64,000 nt of DNA from Octopus vulgaris (taxonomy: Eukaryota), in assembly GCA_951406725.2 (NCBI GenBank), contig OX597818.1, forward strand, positions 20,956,001 to 21,020,000, given 5' to 3'. Positions 26,669 through 39,884 of the stretch are shown piece by piece. The notes beneath the pieces were generated by a model. That model had not been told where the DNA came from. It worked only from the letters and a program-made list of their open reading frames with translations, and made no database searches. The stretch's first letter is position 1. Each line of letters starts with the position of its first letter. A program made the position numbers and the translations under genes.

Positions 26669-27265
26669 TACATACATACATACACATATACATACATACA
26701 TACATACATACATACATACATACATACATACATACATACATAACAAAGCAAAAAGGGGTTTATAAGGGTTATTAACCCAAGCGAAATACTTCTTAAGTTC
26801 TCTGCAGATAAAATTACCCCTAGTAAAAAATATTGTGATAGGTATTGTCCTCCAGGTAATCCAAAGTCAAAAGCTGAAGTCGAAATCCATCACCAGTCAA
26901 ATTTGTAAATCCGTGGTTGCCATTATCCAGTTAAGATGATATGTTTTTACAGTGATACATAAAATAGGATTTATTTATTTATCTATTTATTTATTCATTT
27001 ATTTATTATAGGCTTACAGCTGTTTCGGGTGTGCATTTGCATGCGTTCATGGTTCAATTTTATCATTCGATCGATGGATCGACTGAAAATATAGGGAACG
27101 ATTCTCAAAATTATATCTTCGCCGAAGTCTGCTTTGCTTTCATCCTTGTGGAGTCGATAAAATAAAGTACAAGTTAGGTACTTAGGTTAGTGATATCGAA
27201 CTAACCTCTCATCCCTACTAAAACTGCAGGCCTTTTGCCTATATTACAAAAAAGGGGGTCAAAGC

Positions 27266-27600
27266 TCCTTTCGGTCATGAATGACCATGGGATTGCACCT
27301 AGAATGTCTCTCTCCGAGGCACAAGTCCGGACAAGACTGTTTATGGAAGACCAGCAGTCACCCATGTATACCAGCCTCCCCTCTCCACGCCACTGATGTT
27401 ACCTGAGGGTAAGACAAAGATTAGTTGATATAGCTTGACACCAGTGACGTTGCAGCCCATTTCTACAGCTGAGTGAACTGCAGCAACGTGAAATAAAGTG
27501 TCTTGCTCAAGAACACAACACACAGCCCGCTCTGCGAATCGAACTCACTACCCCATGATTGTGAGCCCAACGCTCTAACCACTGAACCATGCGCCTTCAC
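27266..27600 (-). mobile_element. tRNA-derived SINE family C; second copy at 29240-29572 (-)
   Basis: Minus-strand head GGCGCATGGTTCAGTGGTTAGAGCG...GAGTTCGATTC (A/B boxes) followed by TGTGTTCTTGAGCAAGACACTT; the two copies align end to end. Confidence 0.85.
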
Positions 27601-27828
27601 AAATTACAAACTATTATTATGATTATGAATGTAAAGCGGCGAGCTAGCAGAATCGTTAGCACGTTCTGAGTTCATATTCTTCTAAGGTCGACTTTGCCTT
27701 TCATCCATTCGGGGTCTATAAATTAAGTACCACCGAAACACTGGAGGTTGATGTAATGGACTAGTCCTCTTCCCCAAATTTTCAGGCCTTGTGCTTTTAG
27801 TAGAAAGGATTATTTCTACTATAAATGA

Positions 27829-27862
<34 letters not shown>

Positions 27863-27960
27863 CCCTCGTCAACGGGCGGTAACCACCAGGTAGCGATGAA
27901 AGTGAAGGCTTCTTTGCAAATTATATATAAGTTTTTCTAATGGCGTCTGCCACTGATGTC

Positions 27961-28136
27961 GAAGCAGGTGGCACGTAAAAAGCACCCACTACACTCACGG
28001 AGTGGTTGGCGTTAGGAAGGGCATCCAGCTGTAGAAACATTGCCAGATAAGACTGGAGCCTGGTGCAGCCTTCTGGCTTCCCAGATCCCCGGTCGAACCG
28101 TCCAACCCATGCTAGCATGGAGAACGAACGTTAAAC

Positions 28137-28181
<45 letters not shown>
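27961..28181 (+). mobile_element. RTE-tail retroposon ending in (GAT)n
   Basis: GGTTGGCGTTAGGAAGGGCATCCAGCTGTAGAAAC...AACCCATGCTAGCATGGAG..CGTTAAAC(GAT)n. Confidence 0.75.
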
Positions 28182-29182
28182 ATTATAAATGATTATTATA
28201 AATGATGTATATGCAAAACCGTTAGAGCGTAAGTTAAAAATAGGAAACTTGCCTCTCCACTAAGGAAATGAGAGAAAGACCATGGGGGAATTTCTTAATG
28301 GCGTAGGGCACAGCATCAGGCTGTAGTAAAATGAATTTTTAATGAACTTCAAGACTTAATGAGATTTTCTATATTGTGTTTGTTTTAATATTTCAAAGAC
28401 ACCGTATGGTGTTATGTTTATCATGCTAATTTTTGTGACTGGGGTTGTTATATAGTTAATGTAGTATCTTACATTTTATTATTTGTAGTTCATAATAAGA
28501 TGGCTAGCTAGCAAAATCATTAGCAAGCGGCATTTCGATCGTCCTTACATTCTGAGGTCGACTTTGCTTTGATCGTTTGAGGGTCGATGAAAAAAGTACC
28601 AGTTACGCACTGGGGTCGATTGTAATCGACAATTCTCATCGCCTAAATTTCAGACCTTATGCCTATAGGGGAAATGATCATTTGTAGTTCATAAACTACA
28701 AATAATAAGAATAAAAATTATGATTTAAAAATTGCTTATCTTTTTGTCCTGGTGGAGTTTCGTCCTCGGGGGCGGGTTTCTTCTAAAGTTTTTTTTTATT
28801 TCTTCCCAGTGCATTTTGTCCTACATTCGTTAAAAATAGCCTTACAGTATTTGGTTACTCTATTTACATTCGAAATACATTATCTTTCTGTCTTTATCTT
28901 TTACTGGTTTCAATCATTGGACTGCGGCCGTGCTGGGGCACCACCACTTTAAAGGATATTTTTTCTGTCGGCCACTTTTGCCTAACTGCTATGTTACAGG
29001 GATGCAAACAAACCAGCACCGGTTGCCAAACGGTGGTGGGAGACACTCACAAATATAGACACATACATACACACGCACAAACATAAACACATATATGTAA
29101 TGGGAGAAGCAATTTGTGTTTTGACTTGGTACTCCTTTATCTTATGTGTATGTACGTACATACATAAATACATATATGTAAA

Positions 29183-29235
<53 letters not shown>

Positions 29236-30064
29236 TGAGACCCCCTTCGGTCATGACTGACCATGGGATTGCACCTAGAAAGTCACCCTCCCAGGCACAA
29301 GTCCGGGCAAGGTTGTTTAGGGAAGACCAGCAGTCGCCCATGCATACCAGCCTACCCTCACCACGCCAACAGTGTTATCCAAGGGAAAAGCAACGGCCAA
29401 TAAATCTTGGCACCTGTGACGTCGCAACTCATTTCTACAGCCGAGTGAACTGGAGCAATGTGAAATAAATTGTCTTCCTCAAGAACGCAACACGCAGCCC
29501 GTTCCGAGATTCGAACTCACAACCTTACGATCGTAAACTTGACGCTCTAACCACTGATTCATGCGCCTTCACGCACACACACACACACAAATATGTATGT
29601 ATTGTATGTATATATATATATATATGAATATATAATTTACAAGATAAGGGCAGAATAAAAATTCTAATGCCAAATATGCCGAAACAAAAAAAATTTTTGT
29701 CGATAACCATTATAATTTATGCGTCTCGAAACAAACCGATAGAAATCTCTAAAAAATTCGTTATTACCGTATTGGTCCAATTTCGGGGTTAATTCATAAG
29801 AAATTTTCCCCTCTCCAGCGGCAAATACGCGAGATATAAATGAAATACTTACTCATACCCATGGAAAAAGCAAGCACCAATTCCCGAGCAGACTTAAGTA
29901 CTCCAAATATATCCAAAATAGAAAAATCTTCGGCGCACCTCGAGACACGTGTGATTCGAACTAGAAACTTTCACAGAGTGATAGAATCCGGAAGGGAACA
30001 CTAATTTATTTATAATTAATATAGGATAAAAAAATTTTTTTCCCGAAAAAAATTTTATCATATA

Positions 30065-30112
<48 letters not shown>

Positions 30113-30577
30113 TATGTATATATATATATACTTTCATATATAAAAGTATAGTATTTATACACAGAGAGGTGACCCTTTACAGGATGCCTTACATGCTAGT
30201 GAGGGCAGCCAAAACCAAACCACGAAAAAATAATTCCATAGAGTATGAAAGCATTTATAGTTAATCCCAAACTCGAGTTTCTGTATTAATGAAAAAATTA
30301 ATTAATTTGTGATCTGTACTTTATCAGTAAGATCGTCTAAGATAATGCATAATTAGGTAGTAAATACGCACCGAAATTCGACTTATATAAACGGCGGGTT
30401 TCTTTCAGTTTCTGTCTACCAAATCTACTTACGGGCTTTTTTGATCGGCCCAGGGCAATTATAGAAGACACTTGCCCAAAGTACTGCACCGTAAGACTGA
30501 ACCCAAGCTTCTTAACCAAACAGCCATACCCGCACTTTTAATGTGTGTGTCGCCGCACTTTTTAATGTGTAAGACGC

Positions 30578-30649
30578 CGCTCCGGTGGAGAATCGAATCC
30601 CGGTGTCCCGCGTGACAGGCAAGAATACTTACCACTATACTACCGAGGG
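30578..30649 (-). pseudogene. tRNA-Asp(GTC) pseudogene
   Basis: Minus strand CCCTCGGTAGTATAGTGGTAAGTATTCTTGCCTGTCACGCGGGACACCGGGATTCGATTCTCCACCGGAGCG aligns to eukaryotic tRNA-Asp with anticodon GTC. It has two mismatches in the acceptor stem and two in the T-stem, and a damaged B box. Confidence 0.85.
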
Positions 30650-31563
30650 CCGGCTCTATACAACAGAAGACCGGTAGCAGAAATAAATAAAAAAAAATTA
30701 CCATTAAATTACCATGGCGCAGGCGTGGCTGTGTAGTAAGAAGTTTGATTCCCAACCACATGGTTCTGGGTTCAACCCCACTGCGTGACTCCTTGGACAA
30801 GTGTCTTCCTTGTGAGTGGATTTGGAAAACGGAAACTGAAAGAAGCCCGTCGTGTGTGTGTAAGTGTCCACTACTGCTTGACAATCAGTGTTGGTGTGTT
30901 TACGTCCCCATAACTTTGCGATTCGGTAAAAAGATATCGATAAAATAAGTCCTAGGCTTACAAAGAATGAGTCCTGGGTTTGATTTGTTCAACAAAAAAT
31001 CCTTGAAGGCTGTGCTCCAGCATAGCCGCAGTCAACTGAATGGAACAAGTAAAAGATAAAAGATAAAATAAAGTTTAATTTTTACAGTGGTGAGCGCAAC
31101 CTTGGTAGGACGCGAACAGAATGCCTTGAGCTATATAACAGCGGCCCGTTTTAAGGTGACGAACCAGCAGAATCGTTGCAAAATGCATTTCGTCCGTCTT
31201 TACGTTCTGAGTTAAAATTCCTCTTAATGTCAACTTTGCTTTTCACCCTTTCGAGGTTGATAAAATAAGAACTAGTTGAGCACTGGAGGTCGACATAATC
31301 GGCTTGTGCCCTATCCCGAAATTGCTGGCCTTGTGTCAAAAATTGAAATCAATATTGTCCTGTTTTACACTGAGCTGATTTAAGCTTTCATCTTTCATCC
31401 TTCCAACGTCAATAAAATAAATATCAGTTAAGTTCTTTAATCGATACTATCCTCTCTTTTTCCACTGGTATGGACAGTGGCCAAGTTGCTACCCTGGGTA
31501 ATATACGTAAAAATATTTTAGTACCATCATTTCAAAATTTACTGAATGTCTTTAGTGATATGT

Positions 31564-32194
31564 ACGAGGTGCGTTCAAAATGTATCTGACCTTTAGGCGT
31601 AAAAAAAAAAATTGTACATTTCACTAATTTTATTTAATCACCTTCAGAATATTCCCCATGAGAGTTTAAACTCTTCTCCCAGCGGTTCTGCCACTGCTGG
31701 TAACACCTCTGGAACGCCTTCTCTGGAATACTATGGAGCTCCGCCGTATTTTTTTCTCATAATTACCTGTCGCGACTCAAATCGCTTCCCTCTCAGGGTG
31801 GTTTGAAGAAGAGTCAGAAGTCACACAGTGTCAAGTTGGGAGAGTAGAAAGCTTGTCGAACAAGTGGTATGTGATTCTTGACAAGGAAAGCTTGGATACG
31901 AAGTGCATTAAAAAAATATCCGACTTCATTTTTTCGCCGAAACTCTCCGCATGCACAAATCCTCCGTTAAAATTAAATACACTGATCCTATGCTTTAACT
32001 CACTTCGTAAGTAATTTCTTGGATTGTTGCACAACGGTTTCCCATGACTATTCGCCGAACCTTCGCAATTGGCGCGAAAATTTTCACGCATGAGCACGAA
32101 GGTTGGCGTCACCTCCCACCCAAAGGATTTTGCTCACGCGGCATTAGTTTTGACGGGGGAAAAATAAAGTCGTATACTTTTTCAACGCACTTTA
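31564..32194. mobile_element. Old mariner-like non-autonomous element
   Basis: Degenerate TIRs: TA|CGAGGTGCGTTCAAAATGTATC versus GTATACTTTTTCAACGCACTTTA. A transposase C-terminus-like remnant lies near 31645-31810. Confidence 0.6.
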
Positions 32195-32897
32195 TGTGTA
32201 TATTAAAACCAGTGGGTTTCCATAGGCGGTGGGGGGACGGCTTTTAAAGATTGAAAAGGATGATCGGACAAATTGTTACTGAAATAAAATTACACGGTTT
32301 AAAATGTTTTTTAATTTATCCAGCACCATATCAAAGAAAGAATAATGACGTGAAGGCAAAAGCTAGTTTGTGTTCTCATTAATAAAGAGGGAAGTGGCAA
32401 AAAATTTCACTAATATTTAGCTGGTATTTCTCAGTTTAACTTCAGACAACTCAGTTACAAACACATACATACATACATACATACATACATACATACATAC
32501 ATACATACATACATACATACATACATACATACATGGTGGTGGCTGCCCCCTCGTTATCGAGTATGGCCATTGCACGAAGCTTAATCAATGTTGTTATCGT
32601 GCAATGTCTGAGCAAGAAGATTTTTTTTTAAAGTGAGGAAAGGCTGCGCACTGAGTCAATCCCACTCACAAAGCAACAGCAGCCATAATCCGAAAAGAAG
32701 AACAAGTCAACATCATCGGTAACCACTGAGCCGCAGGTTTTATGTCGGAGTTATCCCAGTTACCTGAGTTACCTTCTCCTAGAAGGATGCCCTAACAAAG
32801 GCTAGGAGTCCTTCACTCCTAATGGTTTAACCATACATACATACATACATGCATACATGCATACATGCATACATACATACATACATACATACATACA

Positions 32898-32928
<31 letters not shown>

Positions 32929-34139
32929 GCGATGGCTGCGACTCGATTTCGAGCAATTCCATCGCTTAATTGTTCTCTGAGACACGAGCAGCATACATGT
33001 GGCATTTCACTTTTTTTCGATGTTATAGCAATGGATGCTTCATAGAGAACTTATCTCCCACAGTGACACAGCCTTCATTCCATCATGCACATTTTTATTG
33101 ATTATTTCGCCTTTTTCGGCTATGGTCAACCATAGTATGCAACACATAAAAGCGACGTTAAAAATTGAGCAATGCCTGCGCCGGAAGCTATTTAAAGTTA
33201 GGTTAGACCTTGTACAAGACCGATCCCGCTCTCTAAGAAACGTATGCATTTTGCCCAAAGGAACTATCTTATATCATTGGATGGAAACGAAACCGCAGGT
33301 GTTATATTGGAGTTTTCCTTCTCTAAGAGAGATGCCTAAACAAAGACTGGGGATCTGTCACTCCTAGCTAGCTATTGCATGGCCGTTGATTCTACTGAGT
33401 TCATCCATCCTGTGACGGGTTTGTATTTTCGTCTAGTGGAGTGTCCAACGAAAACCAGCCTCCTTACCAAGCCGGTTTGGTAGTGTTGCCGGTTTAGTCG
33501 TTGACGGCATGACCATGCGGCAGGTTGTATTAGGTTACATGTCACCAGTAGCACTAAGAGTGGCTTGTCATAAACACACACACACACACACACACACACG
33601 CTTGCTTGCTTGCTTACTTACTTGGCCTATAAAAAGCTAAAATATTCTATAAAATATATATTGCTAGCATTCGTTCACAGTCGGATCCCAACTAAAGTTG
33701 TGATTAACACCGGTTCAGAGGAGTCAAATCTCGCTATGTAATCTTTTGTTATTCCAACCAATGCAAAAACAAAAACGCTGGAATTCATACGATTGTGCCA
33801 AAACCAAAAACCAAAAAATTATCGTGCGTGATTTAAGGCCTATTTAGTTGTTATTTTTAGCACACCTCATGCCGCATGTGTTCTAAGCATTCAATAAGCG
33901 ACAAAAAGAACACGTGGTAATAGACTTGGTAACAGCTTGGTTAGTTACTATGGAAACAGGCACCTTTTCGACTGGCTAAAATTGCCCAAAATTTGCAAAC
34001 TTAAAAGCTATTAACTCTTTATTTATTGATGTATAGCAAAAATGAATTTTATGCCAATGATTACTTTACAAAACTACACAAATACACCAAGTATGAAATC
34101 TATATTGGAACAAAAACTGAAGAAATCGATAAGTGGCAG

Positions 34140-34490
34140 CCATATAGAAAAGAACTGCATCCAGTTTTTGTGGGGTGCCAACATGACGCTTTCATAGTCT
34201 GCCATCACCACTGGTCTGTGTTCTCTGATACGCGTAGAAAGTTCTTTGTGTTGTGACCTGTCTAGTCCTTGGATGTTGTCAAACCAGGATTTTCTGTCAG
34301 CCTTTCTTCTTTACTGTGTCCTGAATAATCATTTTGGATACATACACCATACTATTTCAAATACTGAAAGAATGCGTTGGATAATGTGTCCGTTCCATAC
34401 ACGCCTTGTGGCGGGATACATACACCATAATACTATCTTAAATACACAAAGAATACTTTGGATAATGTGTCTGTTCCATACCCGCCTTGT
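34140..34490 (-). mobile_element. RTE-like LINE 3' remnant with a 78-bp tandem duplication
   Basis: Minus translation resembles W.DNIK.WTG...LR..E....W; 34336-34410 is repeated at 34414-34490. Confidence 0.45.
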
Positions 34491-34699
34491 CCTTAGAATA
34501 ACAAGGGTTGGTAATAGTTGGATTTTCTTTCGGGTTTATTGTTCAGCTCAATCAGGGCTGTGACTAAAATATAAATCCATTTTCTTATTTCTCTGTTGTC
34601 ATTGCTACTCTCAAGACCAACTGTAACTCTCTCTCTCTCTCTCTTTCGACCTTACCTCCCACGCTTAACGGGCGGCCACATTTCTCTTTTCTTTCGCCA

Positions 34700-35262
34700 A
34701 CAATTCCATCACCGCCATCATCTCTATCACCATCACCTCCACCACCATCACCTCCACCACCATCATCACCTCCACCACCCCCATTGCTACTGTTATAAGT
34801 CATTAACACAATCAGCTCCGCTCACTCCTTTTCCCCCATGTATACTCTTTACTCCACCCACCCCCCATCATATCTACCACTACCACCACTACTATTACTA
34901 CTAAATCCATCATTACCATTACACAGCCAACACCACCACTGCCAATCAACCTCATCACTCTCTTCCCCCAACCAGCGACGAAGACGACGACCACCACCAC
35001 CACCACCACTACTACCACATCCATCATCACTATCACAGTCACCATATTTATTACTGCTACCACTACTCTCCGTAACCACAACTATTATCGCACCACCACC
35101 ACCACCACCACCACACTCATTGCTCACTATATCCAGCGCTATATCCACCATCACCACCACCACCACCACCACCATCACCATCATCATCATCACCACGACC
35201 ATCATCACAACCACCGCCGCCGCCGCCACCACCAGCACAACAACCGCTACCACCACTGTCAT
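34700..35262. repeat. Degenerate (CAC)n low-complexity tract; a similar tract is at 61420-61670
   Basis: CAC/CAT/TAC triplets seen directly. Confidence 0.9.
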
Positions 35263-35580
35263 TACGCCTGTCTGCATCCGGGGAGATAAAATTGAATAAA
35301 TAAATAAATAAATAAATAAAAACACGTATCATCAATTGCTTCTAATGAAATGTGCGAAGGGATGGCTTGCAGCTGGCACTTCAAGCTGTCATCAGCATGT
35401 GTCGTCACTAACGTTACCACCACACCATCACCATCACAACAACAACAACAACAACCAACACTACTTTCGTTATCATCATCATCATCATCATTATCATTTT
35501 ACATTTTTTTTTTATTTAACACATCTGTCTCTATGGCGGATATAGTGGTGGTAGCGCTATTAGTGTTGGAATATGTTAAG

Positions 35581-35613
<33 letters not shown>

Positions 35614-35615
35614 CT

Positions 35616-35659
<44 letters not shown>

Positions 35660-36082
35660 GTGTGTGTATGCGTGTTCCGTTCATGTGTGTGAGTGAGTGT
35701 GTGAAAGAGAGAGTGTGTGTGTTGTGTTTGAGTGTGATGTCGGCAGCTAGGGCGTGCATAAAATAAATTTTTATCGTTATTTTATATTTAAAGATATTGT
35801 GACACGCGCGCGCGTATACACTCAATCAATGCACGGTGCTCCAGCATGACCATAGCTATTGTGGCGAAAACAAACTAAAAGAACATGTCTATGCGCGTAA
35901 CGATTGTCTTTTACTTGTTTCAAGTATAATTTTAGTGGAACAAATCAACGCCAGGGCTTATTTTTTAAGCCTGGTCCTTATTTGATTGGTTTCTTTTTGT
36001 CAAACCGCTAGATTACGGGAACGTTAACACACTGACACCAGATGTCAAGCGGTAGTGAAGGAAAACACACACACATACTTTA

Positions 36083-36312
36083 TTCGTGGGCTAATCACAG
36101 ACTACCATAGGTTCCATGTCGGGAGCGATATTTCTCAACAATTATTCAAGTTTATGCCTTAGAATATTGGTGTTAGTCGCCATCTTGGATTTAAAAGAAA
36201 TACTATTTTTATCCAAGAGACGAACACCAATATCCTAAGGTACAGACTTGAATAATTGTTGAGAAGTATCTCTCCCGATATGAAACCGATGGTAGTCCGG
36301 TTACCCCACGAA
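36083..36312. mobile_element. Palindromic (foldback) MITE-like element, about 230 bp
   Basis: TTCGTGGG...CCCACGAA; the arms pair along most of their length (TTCTCAACAATTATTCAAGT / ACTTGAATAATTGTTGAGAA). Confidence 0.75.
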
Positions 36313-36404
36313 CATAGAATATTTATCCCCTAGTACAGTGTTGAGCACTCATTTTAACTATTCGATATTAACGTGTGCGTATGTGTGTGTATGTATGTAT
36401 ATGA

Positions 36405-36880
36405 TATATACAGAAATTAATGTAAACAGCCGTGCATGATGTTTTACTATAAAGGAAACATCTAATTGTCACTAAATGCGATTAAGGGTGTCCACCTACA
36501 TTAGTGACAATTATATTTTTCCTTTATGATAAAATATTGTGCATAGCTGTTTATATTAGTTTTTGTATACACATTAGCAACAATTCGCTAAATCATCCGT
36601 GAATTTCTGTGGATTCATATATGTTGGCGGTGGTTTAAGCCCGGAAATATCTGGACGAGCGGTCTCCCCTAAAGAGGCTACGGAAGTAGCCGAAACTGAA
36701 TGTTCAGTATAGGGAATTCTAGAGTCGGTGTTTTTAGGTGATATCAGCCCTTGTGAGCATATATGTATACAACTATGTGCTTTTACTACAGCATTAGAGA
36801 ATTTTACCTCTTATTTCTAGCAATGTAAGTGTCTTGACACTCGTAATCGCATTTAGTGACAATTTTTCGTATATGTATAC
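36405..36880 (+). mobile_element. Penelope-like terminal repeat with an inverted partial copy
   Basis: 36405-36477 is inverted to 36500-36570, and 36464-36492 is inverted to 36836-36864; contains the hammerhead-like motif at 36665-36715. Confidence 0.6.
36665..36715 (+). ncRNA. Hammerhead-ribozyme-like motif (type I), probably inactivated
   Basis: TCCC-CTAAAGA-GGCTAC-GGAA-GTAGCC-GAAACTGAA-TG-TTCAGTA-(TA)-GGGA: all three helices are present; the core has G5A and two extra nt follow the GUA site. Confidence 0.7.
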
Positions 36881-37388
36881 CGTGGAGAAAAAAAATCTCT
36901 CTTATGGTACAAAGGTGTAAAACACCCAGTCTGTTCAGTGTCGCTATCTATTAGGAATCTCAGACATCGATGTTGTTTCTAGCTGGTTGGCTATTTTCGA
37001 TGAGATGTACATAGGAGATGCAACTCTAAACAGACTTATAAAGCTACAGCTTTATGCATAATTCAGTTAACACGTTGACTGATTTGCGCTAGTAGATCAC
37101 CTGATCGAAGGAAAATAATGAATTATTAGCACTAAGCAGTGTTTATGTATGAGCAGAATTAGGTAAGATGAAATATGTTCGTCACATATTTTAACTCATA
37201 AAAGGCAAATACACTGCAGTTACCGCGAAGAAGAAATCTCTCTTATGGTAAAAAGGTGTAAAAATACCTAGTCCGTTCAGTGTTGCCATCTATTAGGAAT
37301 CTCAGACATCGATATGTCAAACCAGTTGACTATTTTCGATGAGGTGTACCTAAGAGAGCCCTGTGTATAATTCGTTTGTTTACGTATG

Positions 37389-37455
<67 letters not shown>

Positions 37456-38954
37456 TTGTGGACTCCGACACTCAGGCTGTTCGGGCTTAGCCCGAGTATA
37501 AATTTAGTAAAGTGAATGTGTATTTGCAAGCTGATTTAATTTCTGCCAACACTGATTTCAAGTATGTAATTGCAGCCAATAACTCGGGCTCCTTTTATTG
37601 AGCCTGGTCGCAGTTCATTTATTTTCGTTCAGTGTCTGGCGGTCGTCTTAGAGGTGCCCTGTGTCAATAAATATTCGTAGCAAACATTCTCTCAACATCG
37701 TTTACATGTGCCTGACTCGGGCTCAGAAGTTACAGCTCGGGTTGTTATCTATAATCGTAAAAATTAAAAGTAATTCAAATTCTGTTTTCTTGAAACAATA
37801 AATTTCTATAGAGATTAGGATTTAAATTCCAATCTATGAAAGCTTTCCGTTCTACAATATTCTTAAAGGAACGAAAAATTATCCAGCAACTCAAGCTGGT
37901 ACGAATGAGCCTAGTAGGTGTAAAATACTAACTGGTATCTCTTGTCAAGAGTACAGGTGACAGTCAGATTGCTGATGTTTGTTGTGCACTCCGCTGTCGT
38001 TATTTGATTGTTATTCTGTGCGTCTGCATGTAAAGATCAGTTGTGTTTTGCAGGGTTGCTCTACTTTTACCCTTAGCTTAGAAATGGAGAAAGACATAGT
38101 GCTAGATATTAAAAAAAATCCATTTGGGCCTAGAAATATTGCGGAAAAGCGGGAAATTCTTCGAGCAAACATGGGTCTTATGCGAAATCTGTGATGAACC
38201 GGAGTGACGCAGATGACCTGGAGTCGCCTCTGATAAACACACACACACACACAACGGACTAGTTTCACATTTCATCTACCATAACCACTCACAAGGCTTT
38301 AGTCGAGTCGAGGCTATTGTAGAAGACACTTGACCAAGGTGTTACACAATGCGACTGAACCCGGAACCATGCGTTTGATAAGCGAACATTCTACTGCGTG
38401 TAGAATTCATGTAGCTTTAAGTGGGCGTTGTAGAGAGAAAAAAGTTTTTATAACATTTGCTTGAGCAAACGTATGCCCTGCCTCAACACACACGCACGCA
38501 CACGCACACACACACTTATATAGATATGTATATTTTTCTGTCAACTTATTAGCACAACGTCTGAAATTTCAGAGGAGGCAGCAAGTCGATTACATTGACT
38601 CCAGTGTTCAACTGGTGCCTATTTTAGGCGGCGACATCTGAACTCCGAACTAAAGCGGGTTTTTTTTTTGTCCGGCATAGTTAACGACTCTGCGAACATA
38701 CCGTCCTCCGATATATTTTCAATATGAAAGCGGGCAAGAAAAAAGCGAGACACCTAAGTTAGACATGCACACACATACACACACACATACGCACACATAT
38801 AACACCGTCATGCCCACACTCTCTTTCATCACCTACACACAAATGTTGGTCCAGATACGTCTGCATTTTGTTGATTTAACTACAAAGATAATTTCAGGGA
38901 AATACATTTACATGGAACTATTTACACACACACACACACACACACACATTCACA

Positions 38955-39034
<80 letters not shown>

Positions 39035-39248
39035 ATGCAGATCCACAAATGACCTGATGAACATAATAGCTGAATAAATTATACATCTGCTAATTAGCTA
39101 TTTGCTTATCAGTCAGTTTAAATTAGTCAAACAGCGTAACTTCTTACATGTATGTTTTGCATACACACGCACGGGCGCGCATTCACACACACACATACAC
39201 ACACACACTCATATACACACTTGCATACATACACATGCATACATACAT

Positions 39249-39283
<35 letters not shown>

Positions 39284-39344
39284 TACATACATACATACAT
39301 ACATACATACATACATACATACATACATACATACATACAATTTA

Positions 39345-39700
39345 CAATGCCATCCACAAAAACGACTGTCTTGAAATAAACTTAGAAAATCCCTCTGTTA
39401 TGGAATACATTCATAGAGACCAATTCAAGGAGTACTGGTGGAATATTCTCCTCAAAACTTCTGTCAAATGTAAGCATAACAGGTGGGATATTGTTGTTTG
39501 AGACAGAGGGGCGAAGGTATGTACCATCATAGAGGTTAGCTGCCCTGCAGATATAAATATCTTTTTGAAAATCAAAGAAAAAGAGGATATCTATGGGCAA
39601 CTGCTTCGAAACCTCTGACTATGAATTCATATTCATACCAATAATAACTGGAACACTAGGTTTTGTTAGTAAATGCTTAAAGGAGAAACTGGATAAATTT
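39345..39700 (+). mobile_element. R4/Dong-clade non-LTR retrotransposon fragment (restriction-like endonuclease)
   Basis: EYWWNILLKTSVKCKHNRWDIVV*DRGAKVCTIIEVSCPADINIFLKIKEKEDIYGQLLRNL..., then FIPIITGTLGFV: a decayed HNRPD..EVSCP..K..EK..Y REL motif. Confidence 0.8.
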
Positions 39701-39884
39701 TTTTTGCGGAGGGGTAAAAAAAGGTGACAAGAACAGAACAGTAAAAGCAATACAAATAAAGATAAAAACAGTACAAATAAAGATAAAAACAGTACAAATA
39801 AAGATAAGAACAGTAAAAGACCGGACAATGAGAAACAAACAATAAGGGCTTTTTTAAGCCTAGACGGTGGAAAAATTCATTTGA

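Noticed and set aside
27520-27600. tRNA-like sequences here and at 29500-29572, 16360-16415 and 46430-46490
   Set aside because: They are SINE heads continuing into shared SINE bodies, with no complete cloverleaf.
34838-35325. Pro/Thr-rich or Val/Gly-rich ORFs of about 150 aa
   Set aside because: Products of the degenerate (CAC)n tract.
35340-35410. Small hairpin considered as a pre-miRNA or SECIS
   Set aside because: The stem is only about 9 bp and lacks the required geometry.
38054-38194. Possible exon after ttttgcag (MEKDIVLDIKKNPFGPRNIAEKREIL)
   Set aside because: Ends in a stop with no good donor; loosely resembles a hAT transposase N-terminus, too weak to call.
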